A stretch of DNA of 64,000 nucleotides from a virus (Duplodnaviria > Caudoviricetes): positions 68,519-132,518 of the IMG/VR virus record IMGVR_UViG_3300005080_000001. One strand, 5' to 3'. Shown one piece after another: positions 50,901 to 59,100 of the stretch. How positions within the stretch are numbered: the stretch's first letter is position 1; each line of letters starts with the position of its first letter. A program made the translations under genes and the position numbers. The notes below the pieces were generated by a model. It worked only from the letters and a program-made list of their open reading frames with translations, had not been told where the DNA came from and ran no database searches.

Positions 50901-52490
50901 TGCCTCCATAATAACTTCTCTTTCACGCATTCCTGCAGTGATTAAGTCACGTCTTAAGGTAGCAATATTTTTCTCTGCAGTCATCCACTGTTGGTACTGA
51001 GCCTCAACTTTATCGTTTTGAGCGATAACGTTCTGAACGCTTTGAACACGTTTTTGTTCGGCTTGGTTAATCTCCGACATTGTTCTAAGCTGTTTTTGTG
51101 TTGCTGACGTAATCAATCCTTGGTTAGTTAACGACTGTCTCTCTTCCCGTGCAATCTGAGACATAATCTCAAGTTCACGTTGTAAAGACTCAACTTTCAC
51201 CTTATCGGCTTGACTATATGCACCACCTGCATCTCTTCTACCTTCAATCTCAGCAATCTTTAGGCGAAGTTTGTGAATCTCTTGTAAGTCTGCAATAACC
51301 TTACGACTAGCTTCACGTTGCTCTTGTGCAAGTGCCTTTTCAGCTTCTGCGATTCTTCTGTCGTCTTCTACTTGTTGCTTCTTGGCTCTCGATCTTTCTA
51401 ATTCAAGCTGATTGATATTTCTTAAGTTTCCTAACTCACGTTCTTGTTCAGCAGACATTTTACGCTCTGCATTAAAAGTAGCTTCAATCGCCTTCTGAAT
51501 ATTATAGTAGTGAGTCAACTGCGATCTTAGAGATTCTTTTTCAGCTTGTTCAGCGTTGACAAGCTTCATCTTAATTGCATGTCGCTGATTCTCTAATTGA
51601 GCAATTTTAGAAACATCAGAAGCTATCTTTTTCTGTTCTTGACTAAGTAATTTTTCGGACTGAGCCTGCTCCTTAAGTTCTTTTGTAACAGCTTGTTGAC
51701 GAGCCAGTTCCTTAAGACCATTGTCATCCATAGCATTCATCTTATGCTTTTCAGCATACTGTTGCTTAAGCATTTCTAACTGCTCTTTTTGAAGTTCTTT
51801 TTCCTTCTGGAGAATAGCATTGTATTCACCTTCTGCAGTTATTTGCTGAACATCAATCTGATGAATTCTCTTCATGATGTCTTGGATTTCCTTAAGTCGT
51901 GCTAGGCGGTTTTCAGACTGATCTTCTGTTACACCACTGCCATTAACAGTTCTTGTAGTCTTGACACCCTTGTCATTTGTTTGTTCAGTCTTGACTTGAA
52001 CTAAAGCCTTCTTGCCGTCAATTTCCTTGAATTTACGAACGATTTTATCATAAGCACCAATCTGTTCATTAAGACTGCTAGTTTGCTTTTTGGTATTCTG
52101 GGCAATCTTATTCTGTTCTTCTTCAACTTTTTTACTTGCCATTAGAATTTCTTCAAATGGTTTTTGCAAGTCTTTGGTGTTGAATTGAAGCTTGATTTCT
52201 CTAACTTTGCCAATTCGCTCATCAAGTTGCTTAAGTTCCTTGTCAATCTTATTAATAGATGAGATTGCGTGATTCTGATCTATTTTAATTTCAAAAGTCT
52301 TCTCGCTAAGAAGTTTTTGAATTGTTGATTTCATTTTGTTGAGACTGTTCTTATCAACGTCAACGTTGATTTTCCCAACGAATCCCTCTTTGACACCTCG
52401 CCATTTTTCGGCAAGGTCTGCTTTCATTTGGGATACAGATGGGAATTCAACGGTAACCTTGATGCCAATCTTATTGCTATTATTAGCCAC
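44916..52490 (-). CDS. Tail tape measure protein
   Basis: 2524 aa, helical/coiled-coil, central TP901-type tape-measure core (ANNNAI, GERIGTAMK, LAGKEH). Confidence 0.92.
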   Translation of the reverse strand: MANNSNKIGIKVTVEFPSVSQMKADLAEKWRGVKEGFVGKINVDVDKNSLNKMKSTIQKLLSEKTFEIKIDQNHAISSINKIDKELKQLDERIGKVREIKLQFNTKDLQKPFEEILMASKKVEEEQNKIAQNTKKQTSSLNEQIGAYDKIVRKFKEIDGKKALVQVKTEQTNDKGVKTTRTVNGSGVTEDQSENRLARLKEIQDIMKRIHQIDVQQITAEGEYNAILQKEKELQKEQLEMLKQQYAEKHKMNAMDDNGLKELARQQAVTKELKEQAQSEKLLSQEQKKIASDVSKIAQLENQRHAIKMKLVNAEQAEKESLRSQLTHYYNIQKAIEATFNAERKMSAEQERELGNLRNINQLELERSRAKKQQVEDDRRIAEAEKALAQEQREASRKVIADLQEIHKLRLKIAEIEGRRDAGGAYSQADKVKVESLQRELEIMSQIAREERQSLTNQGLITSATQKQLRTMSEINQAEQKRVQSVQNVIAQNDKVEAQYQQWMTAEKNIATLRRDLITAGMREREVIMEALHAEEQKANAIKNSLSAEEKLTAQRMKEIEQIKQASNAQLELNSRRSIARERDRSFNDTGGLVDPYTVYANARMGFEMMLEPMLKIDEAFTLVAKVANASDESLQRFKETSYDVASSLGVTADEYMKAVETWVTAGETFEKSQELAKVSQVGAFVGNITADDMVKYMSVPLKAFTEQGVKANDIINIMNNTANNNAIEMDDLGKAYMRSATTVKTAGVSFQELTGMITGAQEATRMGGERIGTAMKAISMNYNLIKSQVTPQQQTKFDFFKSIGIDLNSTKSLTDAVGKLHDKWGQLKDEQKNTAIYYLAGKEHANVLNGIISQWDTVIRAEKEAREQMGKGIDGSAYIEFSKQSDSLKFKLATLKSEWMKFMNALGDSKGLMSNLMGGLIKGLEIASNLAHNDSLMNMLKLLGAGIVGHASVNMVKRLFDTVATGAKGAMAGAGELLLAWKNVGRQIDSATTRVGAFTRAEEASALAGTRMGRRAGGGTGGTGGAGGSASRAGRAGGAQAGTGALMSMAGRGGIKGILGGGAKLAGKTALKAIPYVGEILMALDLMGVDVFGKIGDAIDKVTNKTKISTQEFDTMMKKFKGGNMYINGTVEKEQNGINSMKKQLEKGGAIDKKGNVKGELDKSEFLKFRDQFNSQAEDLGLKDKNGVKIRVDINDTKDILNKLKALQEELDKTKAKSVIKIVDKSGDLFGSSKSGIKTTIKDIGSLKAQLADAEQVTKNFAKTRDQYPVNSEDYKLWDGRVQSSKKHEEELTSQIKSSTSTYEAQAKAINENGTALLAQGESIGKADMSSKQLVTSLQTMLPAYAQMKQNVGELNDLQGKLNGSQEMSGEELRKLTALYPELDGVKLSTLNSDKQLREEISQHVGKLKEEQTEQMKTGEEALKASAKKIDGDSQAKASAQDQAGTRKTAEEMVQGAIDSTNGKTAETIRLTDGVTESANKIPPKKGVDVDISVPHLSWLDKISEWMSQPMSKLINVDFSVPDWVKKGHDFLQSGFGSSVAIGTGAPKASGATGISSASVGVGAVSSASVATGTTTPISDTGAVVDADTSSGDTSPPARVDENVWRYWNTEDRQSSLEDVMKDLERAITDAGEDQKALIGIYNRQIANENAQKANLQTYYSQKNSEIDSVLNQLSGYGFNVDTSNNAIYNLGHARDLQGDSASKANELLNKWHSINNDMSQINDKIKEIDSSIADLNKKKDLANIQIELDAWKDKLKWIDVLTQQIANSDSQFDLKLNLIGSGDKELALMMNEQAMDKAKKNLNDIMYEFNVMSQASIQHKETGEQLKQTLDSLGSSIKAQADNILKYRQAISDLEFDRVTQDVAKFNNELEKNIGKNDNNIQNLRDGLLSGTKLGDLYSSTDSTLDLSRDNAYEKLAKERITLEKQVDDALTAYAKKNIDRESGVANETLRIHSEMYKNLFTMKTDYVNGNNVNYTAISSQYGDLAGIAGIDTNYAETAKKLEKYFGDVEKKKAQLQKKYQDNLARETDSEKRKKLTNDYIISSFGIDIDYFKAQINGNNDAIKELQNELKNDALTDDDVQKRNDQIAEYEQSNIDAQNKIKDTIKTRYDFEFSLMDEIINKQSDMQSDLQTTYDLVTAIGTGSYSSKGALLTALFGSEQGKHDLIKKNIESLQSQMKKLDEGSFEWNTINEKLKEYNQQLNDSNQQLVQMNKNILANSFESTTKSIEKQLFDGKSHDAWSVHQQLWLSGLEKELALEKMYQRMADLGTTVNKEKLDLLDKQKEVSAFEMDYLNKQLDIIELQQKVDNINKQRTVQTLQKNANGGWDWSYTADATQVKQAQDDLKQAQIELKQMEDKAKEDYLSQLEKIMQDAQNGQYDNVNDFKDAIKDLGEAFKGIISKYPELGANIDELGKEYAKYLDDNNSIIKGTPADAYLVTATKTMTDELKNTFIDISSQLGEIFANVITAKLPNTSVNATKATSSANTAISISKLEFPNVTDGKGLQDAILGLPQLALQKAKSKN

Positions 52491-52527
52491 TAAATTAACA
52501 CCTCACTTGCAATACTTTTGTTTAATG

Positions 52528-53577
52528 CTACTCTTTGTGTTTCTTAGCTTCTTTTAACTGCTTTAACTTCTCTCGAATCTCTGTTTTAGACTTAGGTTTA
52601 ACGTAATGTTTTGAAGTCGTTGAAATGTCTGAGTGGTTCGCAAGTTCTTGAGCCAGTGTTAAATCTCCTGTAACTTCAACTACTCGGTTAATTGCTGTTT
52701 TACGTAAGCAGTGAGGGTGTAAGTCTTCGATATCAAGGATATATCCAATCTTTCTTACTCGCATATAGATAGATGTTTGAGACATCTTGCGGTATTCTCC
52801 ATCACGTTTAACTACGAAAATAGCATCACATTCTAATCCGTCCATGCTCATACGCATTTCTTTCCATTGTCTTAAGAGGTCAGCAGTCTCTTCTTCAAAA
52901 GCTACTTCTACCATTTTCCCACGTTTTTCCCTTATGTCCTCGAAGATCATATTATCTAAATCTAGGCTAGACCATGTAAGCTTTGCTACAGCACCATTTC
53001 GGTTAGCTGAATCAATCATGATGTGCCAGATTAAAAGATCCTGTATATCGTATTTTCGACCTTTCTCTTTTGCAAGATCTTCGTAAAGAGCCTTTGTAAC
53101 AATATCAACTTGATCTTGAGTTAAGAAGTAATGATTAATTAACTTCTCATCGTTTGCACCCTTCATACGATCTAATTTTCTATCGAATGGATGGATCTCA
53201 ACTGGAATACCATTACGTTTAACAGCCCAGTGGTAATAACTAGATACAGCTGATAACTTCGTATTAATTACCTTCTTGTTATTGCCAAGAGTGTCTTGCA
53301 AGAATCCGATATATCCTTCCATAATATCAACAGCATTTTCAAGATATTCCTCGTCATGAATGTGAATGTTCTCCCACTCTTCTGACAGATAAACCAAGAA
53401 TTGATTGAAGTAGTTTTGATATACTTTATAAGTCGTATCTTTAACATCTTTGTTTTTAATGATGTTGGACTTTAAATACTTCTCGTAGTCCTTAACACTC
53501 TTCTGATTCACCTTGGCTAGTTTATCCTTGGTGAAATATCGTTTATAAACACGTTTTTGTTCTGCCACTATGGACAC
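52528..53577 (-). CDS. Tyrosine recombinase (XerC/D-like, positional equivalent of SPbeta YomM)
   Basis: R (ANRNG), K (REKRGK), HCLR, NHS, HY catalytic set intact. Confidence 0.9.
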   Translation of the reverse strand: MSIVAEQKRVYKRYFTKDKLAKVNQKSVKDYEKYLKSNIIKNKDVKDTTYKVYQNYFNQFLVYLSEEWENIHIHDEEYLENAVDIMEGYIGFLQDTLGNNKKVINTKLSAVSSYYHWAVKRNGIPVEIHPFDRKLDRMKGANDEKLINHYFLTQDQVDIVTKALYEDLAKEKGRKYDIQDLLIWHIMIDSANRNGAVAKLTWSSLDLDNMIFEDIREKRGKMVEVAFEEETADLLRQWKEMRMSMDGLECDAIFVVKRDGEYRKMSQTSIYMRVRKIGYILDIEDLHPHCLRKTAINRVVEVTGDLTLAQELANHSDISTTSKHYVKPKSKTEIREKLKQLKEAKKHKE

Positions 53578-53615
53578 CTTCTTTCCAGTGTCAATAAGTC
53601 GCTAATATTTTCCCC

Positions 53616-54107
53616 TTAAATTACTTCTGTAACGTTCCAACCATGTTCTCTCAACGTCTTTGCTAATTCTAGAGTTAAGCTTGAATCTAATGAGACATAA
53701 GATTGCTCCATGTAATGAGCGCCCTCTCTATCCCATAGAGACCCATGAGTACCATCTTCCACCCACATTGGGATGAATTCACTCACGTCAATTGGGTCAA
53801 TAGAAGCATGTTGATTCCATGCCACGTCATCCGTAACATGTGGATGTATCTTTGTTGCATCCATGTATACTTCGAAACTTGCAATCTTCGTTCCCACTTC
53901 TAGATTGCCGACCGTAACAGAATTTAGTAAATCCATTGTCCGATCGTATGCCCAGTCTCCTTGAGGTATATATGCTTCATAAACAAGTTTATTTAAATTG
54001 TCTAAGACGACTTTTTCGCACATGGTATAAAGTTCAGAAACAATTGCCTTCATTATGTCAGACTTTAATTGTGATTGAAGTCCGCTTAAATCTTCAAATT
54101 TAAGCAT
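53616..54107 (-). CDS. Hypothetical structural protein
   Basis: YDRT..LL.S motif; tail module. Confidence 0.6.
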   Translation of the reverse strand: MLKFEDLSGLQSQLKSDIMKAIVSELYTMCEKVVLDNLNKLVYEAYIPQGDWAYDRTMDLLNSVTVGNLEVGTKIASFEVYMDATKIHPHVTDDVAWNQHASIDPIDVSEFIPMWVEDGTHGSLWDREGAHYMEQSYVSLDSSLTLELAKTLREHGWNVTEVI

Positions 54108-54669
54108 CTTTATTTTCTACTGTTGCTTTCTCTAACTCGGCATCTTCTTTTTTAATTTGAGCCAATGCATCTGTTGTCGCTGTTTGAACAGCTTTTAAGT
54201 TTCCTGCAACCTCTGGGTTACGTTTAGCAGTTTCTTCAACTAAATTCGGAATAGAATTGATTAATTCTGATTGAGCCATAAGTGAATCTGCACTTGCCAA
54301 TTCTGCTTTTAATCGTTCTGCGAATAATTTATTTACTTCTGAAATGATCTGAGCGATAACATTCTGAGCAATTAAAAGATGAACTGTTGGATTTTCAACA
54401 ATCTTTTGTAACTCTTCTTTTGGAAGGTCTTCAAGTTCGATATTCGTTAATAATGGGAATATCTTAGTAACCATCATTACTTCGTCAAATTCTACGATAT
54501 CACTATTGAAATCAAATCCGTTCTCTCGTTGAATATTAAGAATCTCGTTTGCATCAGCTAAACTAGGTTCATACACTTCAATCGTGCCATTAGGCGTATT
54601 GATTCGTTCTCTTGTTTTTCGTTCTTCTCCTGCCTGTGGTAAACCAAGGCTTGAAATATTAATAGTCAA
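54100..54669 (-). CDS. Putative tail assembly chaperone
   Basis: Acidic helical protein upstream of the tape measure gene. Confidence 0.5.
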   Translation of the reverse strand: MTINISSLGLPQAGEERKTRERINTPNGTIEVYEPSLADANEILNIQRENGFDFNSDIVEFDEVMMVTKIFPLLTNIELEDLPKEELQKIVENPTVHLLIAQNVIAQIISEVNKLFAERLKAELASADSLMAQSELINSIPNLVEETAKRNPEVAGNLKAVQTATTDALAQIKKEDAELEKATVENKDA

Positions 54670-54891
54670 TTTTTACACTCTCCCTTGATTGCAATACTTT
54701 TGTTTAATAACTACTTTATAATCTTAACAAAAAAGAGAACAAGTGTCAACACTTATCCTCTGATTTGCAAAACTTTTATTTAACCTAACAGCTTCAACCA
54801 CCCTCTTAAGGGCTGTGGGTTTTTCGGGGATACTGGTTTGTTAAATTCTACTACTATCCCTTGTTCGATTTTTAATAAAACCGCTGTTTTA

Positions 54892-55359
54892 TTAGCTTTC
54901 TTTCTTCTTATTGTCGTAATTAAAGTGACCATCTTTATCAAGTTCAGCAACTTCGCTACTCTTACCTTTAATTACAGCTAGTCGATCAACGACAACTTTC
55001 GGAATTGGTACACCCATCTGAGCCAAGTTCTCAATGACACTGCTTCCTTCTACCCATATATAAAACCATAATGAAATTGTTCGTAGTAATGGAAGACCAT
55101 CTGGCATAAGTCTATCAAGTGTAGTAGCCAGAATAATCACAATAAGATATCCTGCCTTTGTAGCGAATCCTTCTCTCATTCTTCTACTTGAGAAAGTTCC
55201 AGATTTAATACCTTTAATTACACCTGTAAATAGGTCTAGCACAAGACATATACAAAAAGTAGTAAATGCTGTATCCCATCCACCGAATATAAATGTGAAT
55301 GCTGTCATTCCAACTGCGAATATTGCATCAGAATGTGCATGTAAGTAGTCTTTAATCAA
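54892..55359 (-). CDS. Holin (phage holin 4_1-like)
   Basis: FGGWD, DLFTG, SSRRMREG, EGSSVIENLAQMGVPIP. Confidence 0.9.
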   Translation of the reverse strand: MIKDYLHAHSDAIFAVGMTAFTFIFGGWDTAFTTFCICLVLDLFTGVIKGIKSGTFSSRRMREGFATKAGYLIVIILATTLDRLMPDGLPLLRTISLWFYIWVEGSSVIENLAQMGVPIPKVVVDRLAVIKGKSSEVAELDKDGHFNYDNKKKES

Positions 55360-55431
55360 TGTGACACCTCTTCATATTTTGTAGGTGTCATAATATCTGC
55401 AATGTCATTTCGTTAATCCATTTGCGATAGC

Positions 55432-55614
55432 TTACTCAGATTGGCTTTGGCTTTCGCTTTCTCTCTGTAACTGACTGTACTTCAATAAAGCCTTAAGTCC
55501 GATGTTCTCTACAGTTAACTGATGAATCATTTCTTGATACTGTACAATTAATAGTTCTGCAGGAACGCCTTGATTTTGATTTTGATTTTCCAATAATATA
55601 CACCCCTTTTTCAA
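55432..55614 (-). CDS. Small coiled-coil protein
   Basis: Probable TTG start after AGGGGTG; LTVENIGLKA. Confidence 0.55.
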   Translation of the reverse strand: MKKGCILLENQNQNQGVPAELLIVQYQEMIHQLTVENIGLKALLKYSQLQRESESQSQSE

Positions 55615-55669
55615 AAGTCTTTATATCCTATTATAAAGACTTTTGATTTAATTTGCAATACTTTTGTTT
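55611..55669 (-). promoter_or_regulatory. Repeat motif with sigmaA promoter whose -10 lies in a long inverted repeat
   Basis: TTGCAA-17-TATAAT; TCAAAAGTCTTTATA/TATAAAGACTTTTGA. Confidence 0.75.
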
Positions 55670-56168
55670 AATCCCAATTGATAGCAACTATCTCTGCATG
55701 AGTTGTCGCTTGCGCAATCTTCGTCTTTCGTTCGCTATACTTGAATAACTGGGCTTTTTTATGCATAAATGCTTCTCTATACACGTTGTTTAACCACTCA
55801 TCTCGTGTATGGTTAACGTAATCAGCATCTTCCGTCAACCAAGGAACTGTCTCAGTTTCTTTGTCAAAGAAGATCAACTCATGAGCCTGCCCTATAAAGT
55901 TGATTTGATCATCGCCTTTCATTCTATACGTGTGTCCATTCGTTGACTTAAATCCTGTTACAATGACATTGTCGCAACTCTCTGATAAAATAGCGCTCTT
56001 CAACTTCTTATGATAATTTAAAATATACTCATCTGTAATACGTGAAAGAACTGTTCCCTCCTTTCTCGCTAGTGTTGTAATAAGCTGATTCTTTTCATCC
56101 ATCGTCATTTTATCAAAACCAATGTCTACTAGTTGTTTTTCAATTTGAGAATCGAATAACACTATCAA
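55668..56168 (-). CDS. DUF4376-like tail fibre assembly protein
   Basis: C...I..GF.S...H.Y...DDQINF...AINW; follows the fibre gene. Confidence 0.65.
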   Translation of the reverse strand: MIVLFDSQIEKQLVDIGFDKMTMDEKNQLITTLARKEGTVLSRITDEYILNYHKKLKSAILSESCDNVIVTGFKSTNGHTYRMKGDDQINFIGQAHELIFFDKETETVPWLTEDADYVNHTRDEWLNNVYREAFMHKKAQLFKYSERKTKIAQATTHAEIVAINWD

Positions 56169-56176
56169 TCATCTCC

Positions 56177-59100
56177 TTATCTATTGTTTAATTTGTCTTT
56201 CAAGTATCTCACTTGCTCAGATAGTTCTTGAATTGCTTTCCATGCAACAGATACCATTGCATAACTATCAATAGCGTTACCCTCTTTACTCTGAACTTCT
56301 TTCGGTGCATATTCCGCAATAAGCCCAACGTGTGTATGAGGGTTTTCGCTTTCTTCGACATCTGCTTTGTACTTGTATGTCATTATGTTTGTATTTGCAA
56401 TCACATCTAGTGCTGATTTTTCATACTTCTTAATGTCCGTTTTCCAAACTTCTGACGAACCTATGTTGAACGCAGATGCGTAAATAGGAATAAATCCGTT
56501 ATCAGCAGAGTTCTTACATTCAAAGTAGTTGCCACCAGACCAGTACTTAAAGTGGGCTTGTCCATAGAATTGTAGTAGCGTACTATTATCAGCCTTAGTG
56601 TATAAGCCAAGTGCTAATCGTCCGTCATGGTTGAATCTATGTCCACCAGACCATGAGTGATATTCATTACCGCCTGTAGCACCTTTACCAACAGGAAGAA
56701 GGAGTCTCAGACGTCCGTCACCATCTTTGACAGACCAAGTTGCATCAGAAATCATGGTTGAAGGGGATGTGATATTGCCATAGGAATCAAATCTAACAGA
56801 GTTAGCATCAGGGAAATTCAATGCAACCCCTGCGCTATCAACTCCTTGAATTTGCGCTCGCCCTTTCAAGACTATGTCGCTTTGGTTTGACTCTAAAACG
56901 ACCTTACCAACACCCCATAGGCTAAATATGTTCTGACTAGGATCTGAAGTGGGCGCAGTGTAGGTTATGCTACCGTATCCACTTTTTCCTGTTGCACCAA
57001 TAGATAGGTTATCTTCTGAAAGTGATAGCATAGAGACTAATCCTTTTACCCTTACTAACCCTTCGTCAACCCATGTTTCAACAGAAGCAACTTTAGACTT
57101 GGATACGATAGAGCCACCACTCATATAGGAGAATGCATTAGTACCATCTGAGCGAACGTATATACCAAGTAATTGTCCAGTCTTAATCCTAGTTGCATCA
57201 ATATCTTGAGACTTAAGGTTCGTGATGAAACCATTGTCTGCAAATAGATTTGCAACATCAATTTGTTGAGCCTTGATAGATCCATCTACAATCAACTGTC
57301 CAGTGTAACGCTTACGAACTTCTATATCTCTGACGTAGTAATAACCACTACCTGCAGTGCCATCTTTCTCAAAGAATAGATTTACAGCGGTTAATGTCTT
57401 AGTATCATTAGGCGCAACTGTAATCTTTAAGTTCTTGGCAATACGAGTATCAGCCGTTGTAGGAAGTACAGACACTGAGCCTGCATTCTCCCAAGTTCCA
57501 TCACTATAGTAATATCTAAAGATCGCATTTAAGGTTGTTAGACCTGTATCACGATACCCATTGAAGGCAATATAATACTCATCGTTTACTAGGAACTCAA
57601 CATAGGTATTTGCCATAACTGTCATTGGAGCATAAGCGCCATTACCAATCTTGAAATATCTCTTATTGTTTAATAGAACCGTAGGATATCCATTAGGATT
57701 CTTCTCTTCATTAATCTGAGATAAGTTAGTGAAATCACCGATAGCAATCTGTTGAGCGAAGATTGTATTAGTACCAATCATCTGACCATTAATAAATGTT
57801 CCAGACTTCCATGTATCAAGAAGACTCTTTGCACCATTCCAGTTAGTAGCAGAAGAGATTTGTGAATCAAGGATAGCCCCACTCAACTTAGTTGAGTTGA
57901 ATGTTCCATTAGAGTTGATGTTAGATGCTCTATCCCACGTAGCTTTATTATTATTAATAGTAGTGTTAGCTGTATCAGCTTTACCATTTGCAGTATTAGC
58001 TGTAGTATTTGCTGTATTGGCTGTACTATTAATAGCATCCGATATGGCTTTTCTTAACTTTTCTGCTTCTGAATAATAAGTCGTCAATTGATTCTTAAAT
58101 GAATCTCTGGCAGTAGTTGAAGCAAAAGTATATGTTGTCGTCAACGATGCTAAGATCTCTGTAGCAATTTTAGGAGATGTACTATCTAAATTGTTATAGG
58201 CAGTTGTGTATGAAGTCACACTTACGCCTAGTGAAGTCCCCATTGCTGATAACTGAGCATATTCTGCTTTAATTGCTTCCCAATCACGACTAAGCTGATT
58301 CTTCTCAAGAGGAGTAACCTTTAGATCTGATAGCATATCGTTGATAGAGTAGTCCATTTCACTCATATCAAAAACAGTTGCATAAGCAACATTCCATGTT
58401 AATGGCAATGTTCCACCTTGGCTATAGAAGTAGTTCGTTGATGAAAATGTTCCAGTAGCACCGCAAACAACTTTGTAGACATATTCTGTCCAAGTTCCTG
58501 TACCTGCGTTTGGAGTTAGCCATTTAGTTGCGCTACCCGTGCCAGTAGAGTTTGAAGCCCAATTAATAGTTGTCCCAACTGGTAATTTAGCTATGATACG
58601 AATAATAAATGTAGCATTCGCTCTACTCGGAGTAGAGAATGTGAATCCACCGTTCGCAGGACTCGCTCCAGTAGCAGTTGTTTTAATCTCCATGCAGTAA
58701 GGTGATGTTGTAGGACTATCGCTAGGATTTGCAACTCTTGTAAGCGTTACAACTCCTGCAGTTCCATTGTTGTATACAGAAGTGCCGTTATTGCTGTCTC
58801 TGAAGACTGGATCAGCATTAAGCATCTTGCCGTTAGCCATAGCTTGTGCAAGTTCAGTAGCTGAATTAGCCGTATTCTGTGCGCCATCTGCTAGAGCCTT
58901 AGCTTTCGTATTAACAACATTGCCAAATTTAGATGCTTTGTCATAGTAGTCGGCAAAGTAGCTTCTCATCGTAGAACCAGTTATACTACTTGTCGCTGTT
59001 AGGCTTGACAGAAGCGGATTTACATAGTTGTAAAGCGTGTTATAAGAAGCTACGTAGCTAGTGTAGCTTGCATCACTTGTTAAGCCATAAGTTGACGACA

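Noticed and set aside
54780-54932. 50-codon alternative-frame ORF overlapping the holin 3' end
   Set aside because: No RBS, no clear slippery site and no recognisable motif.
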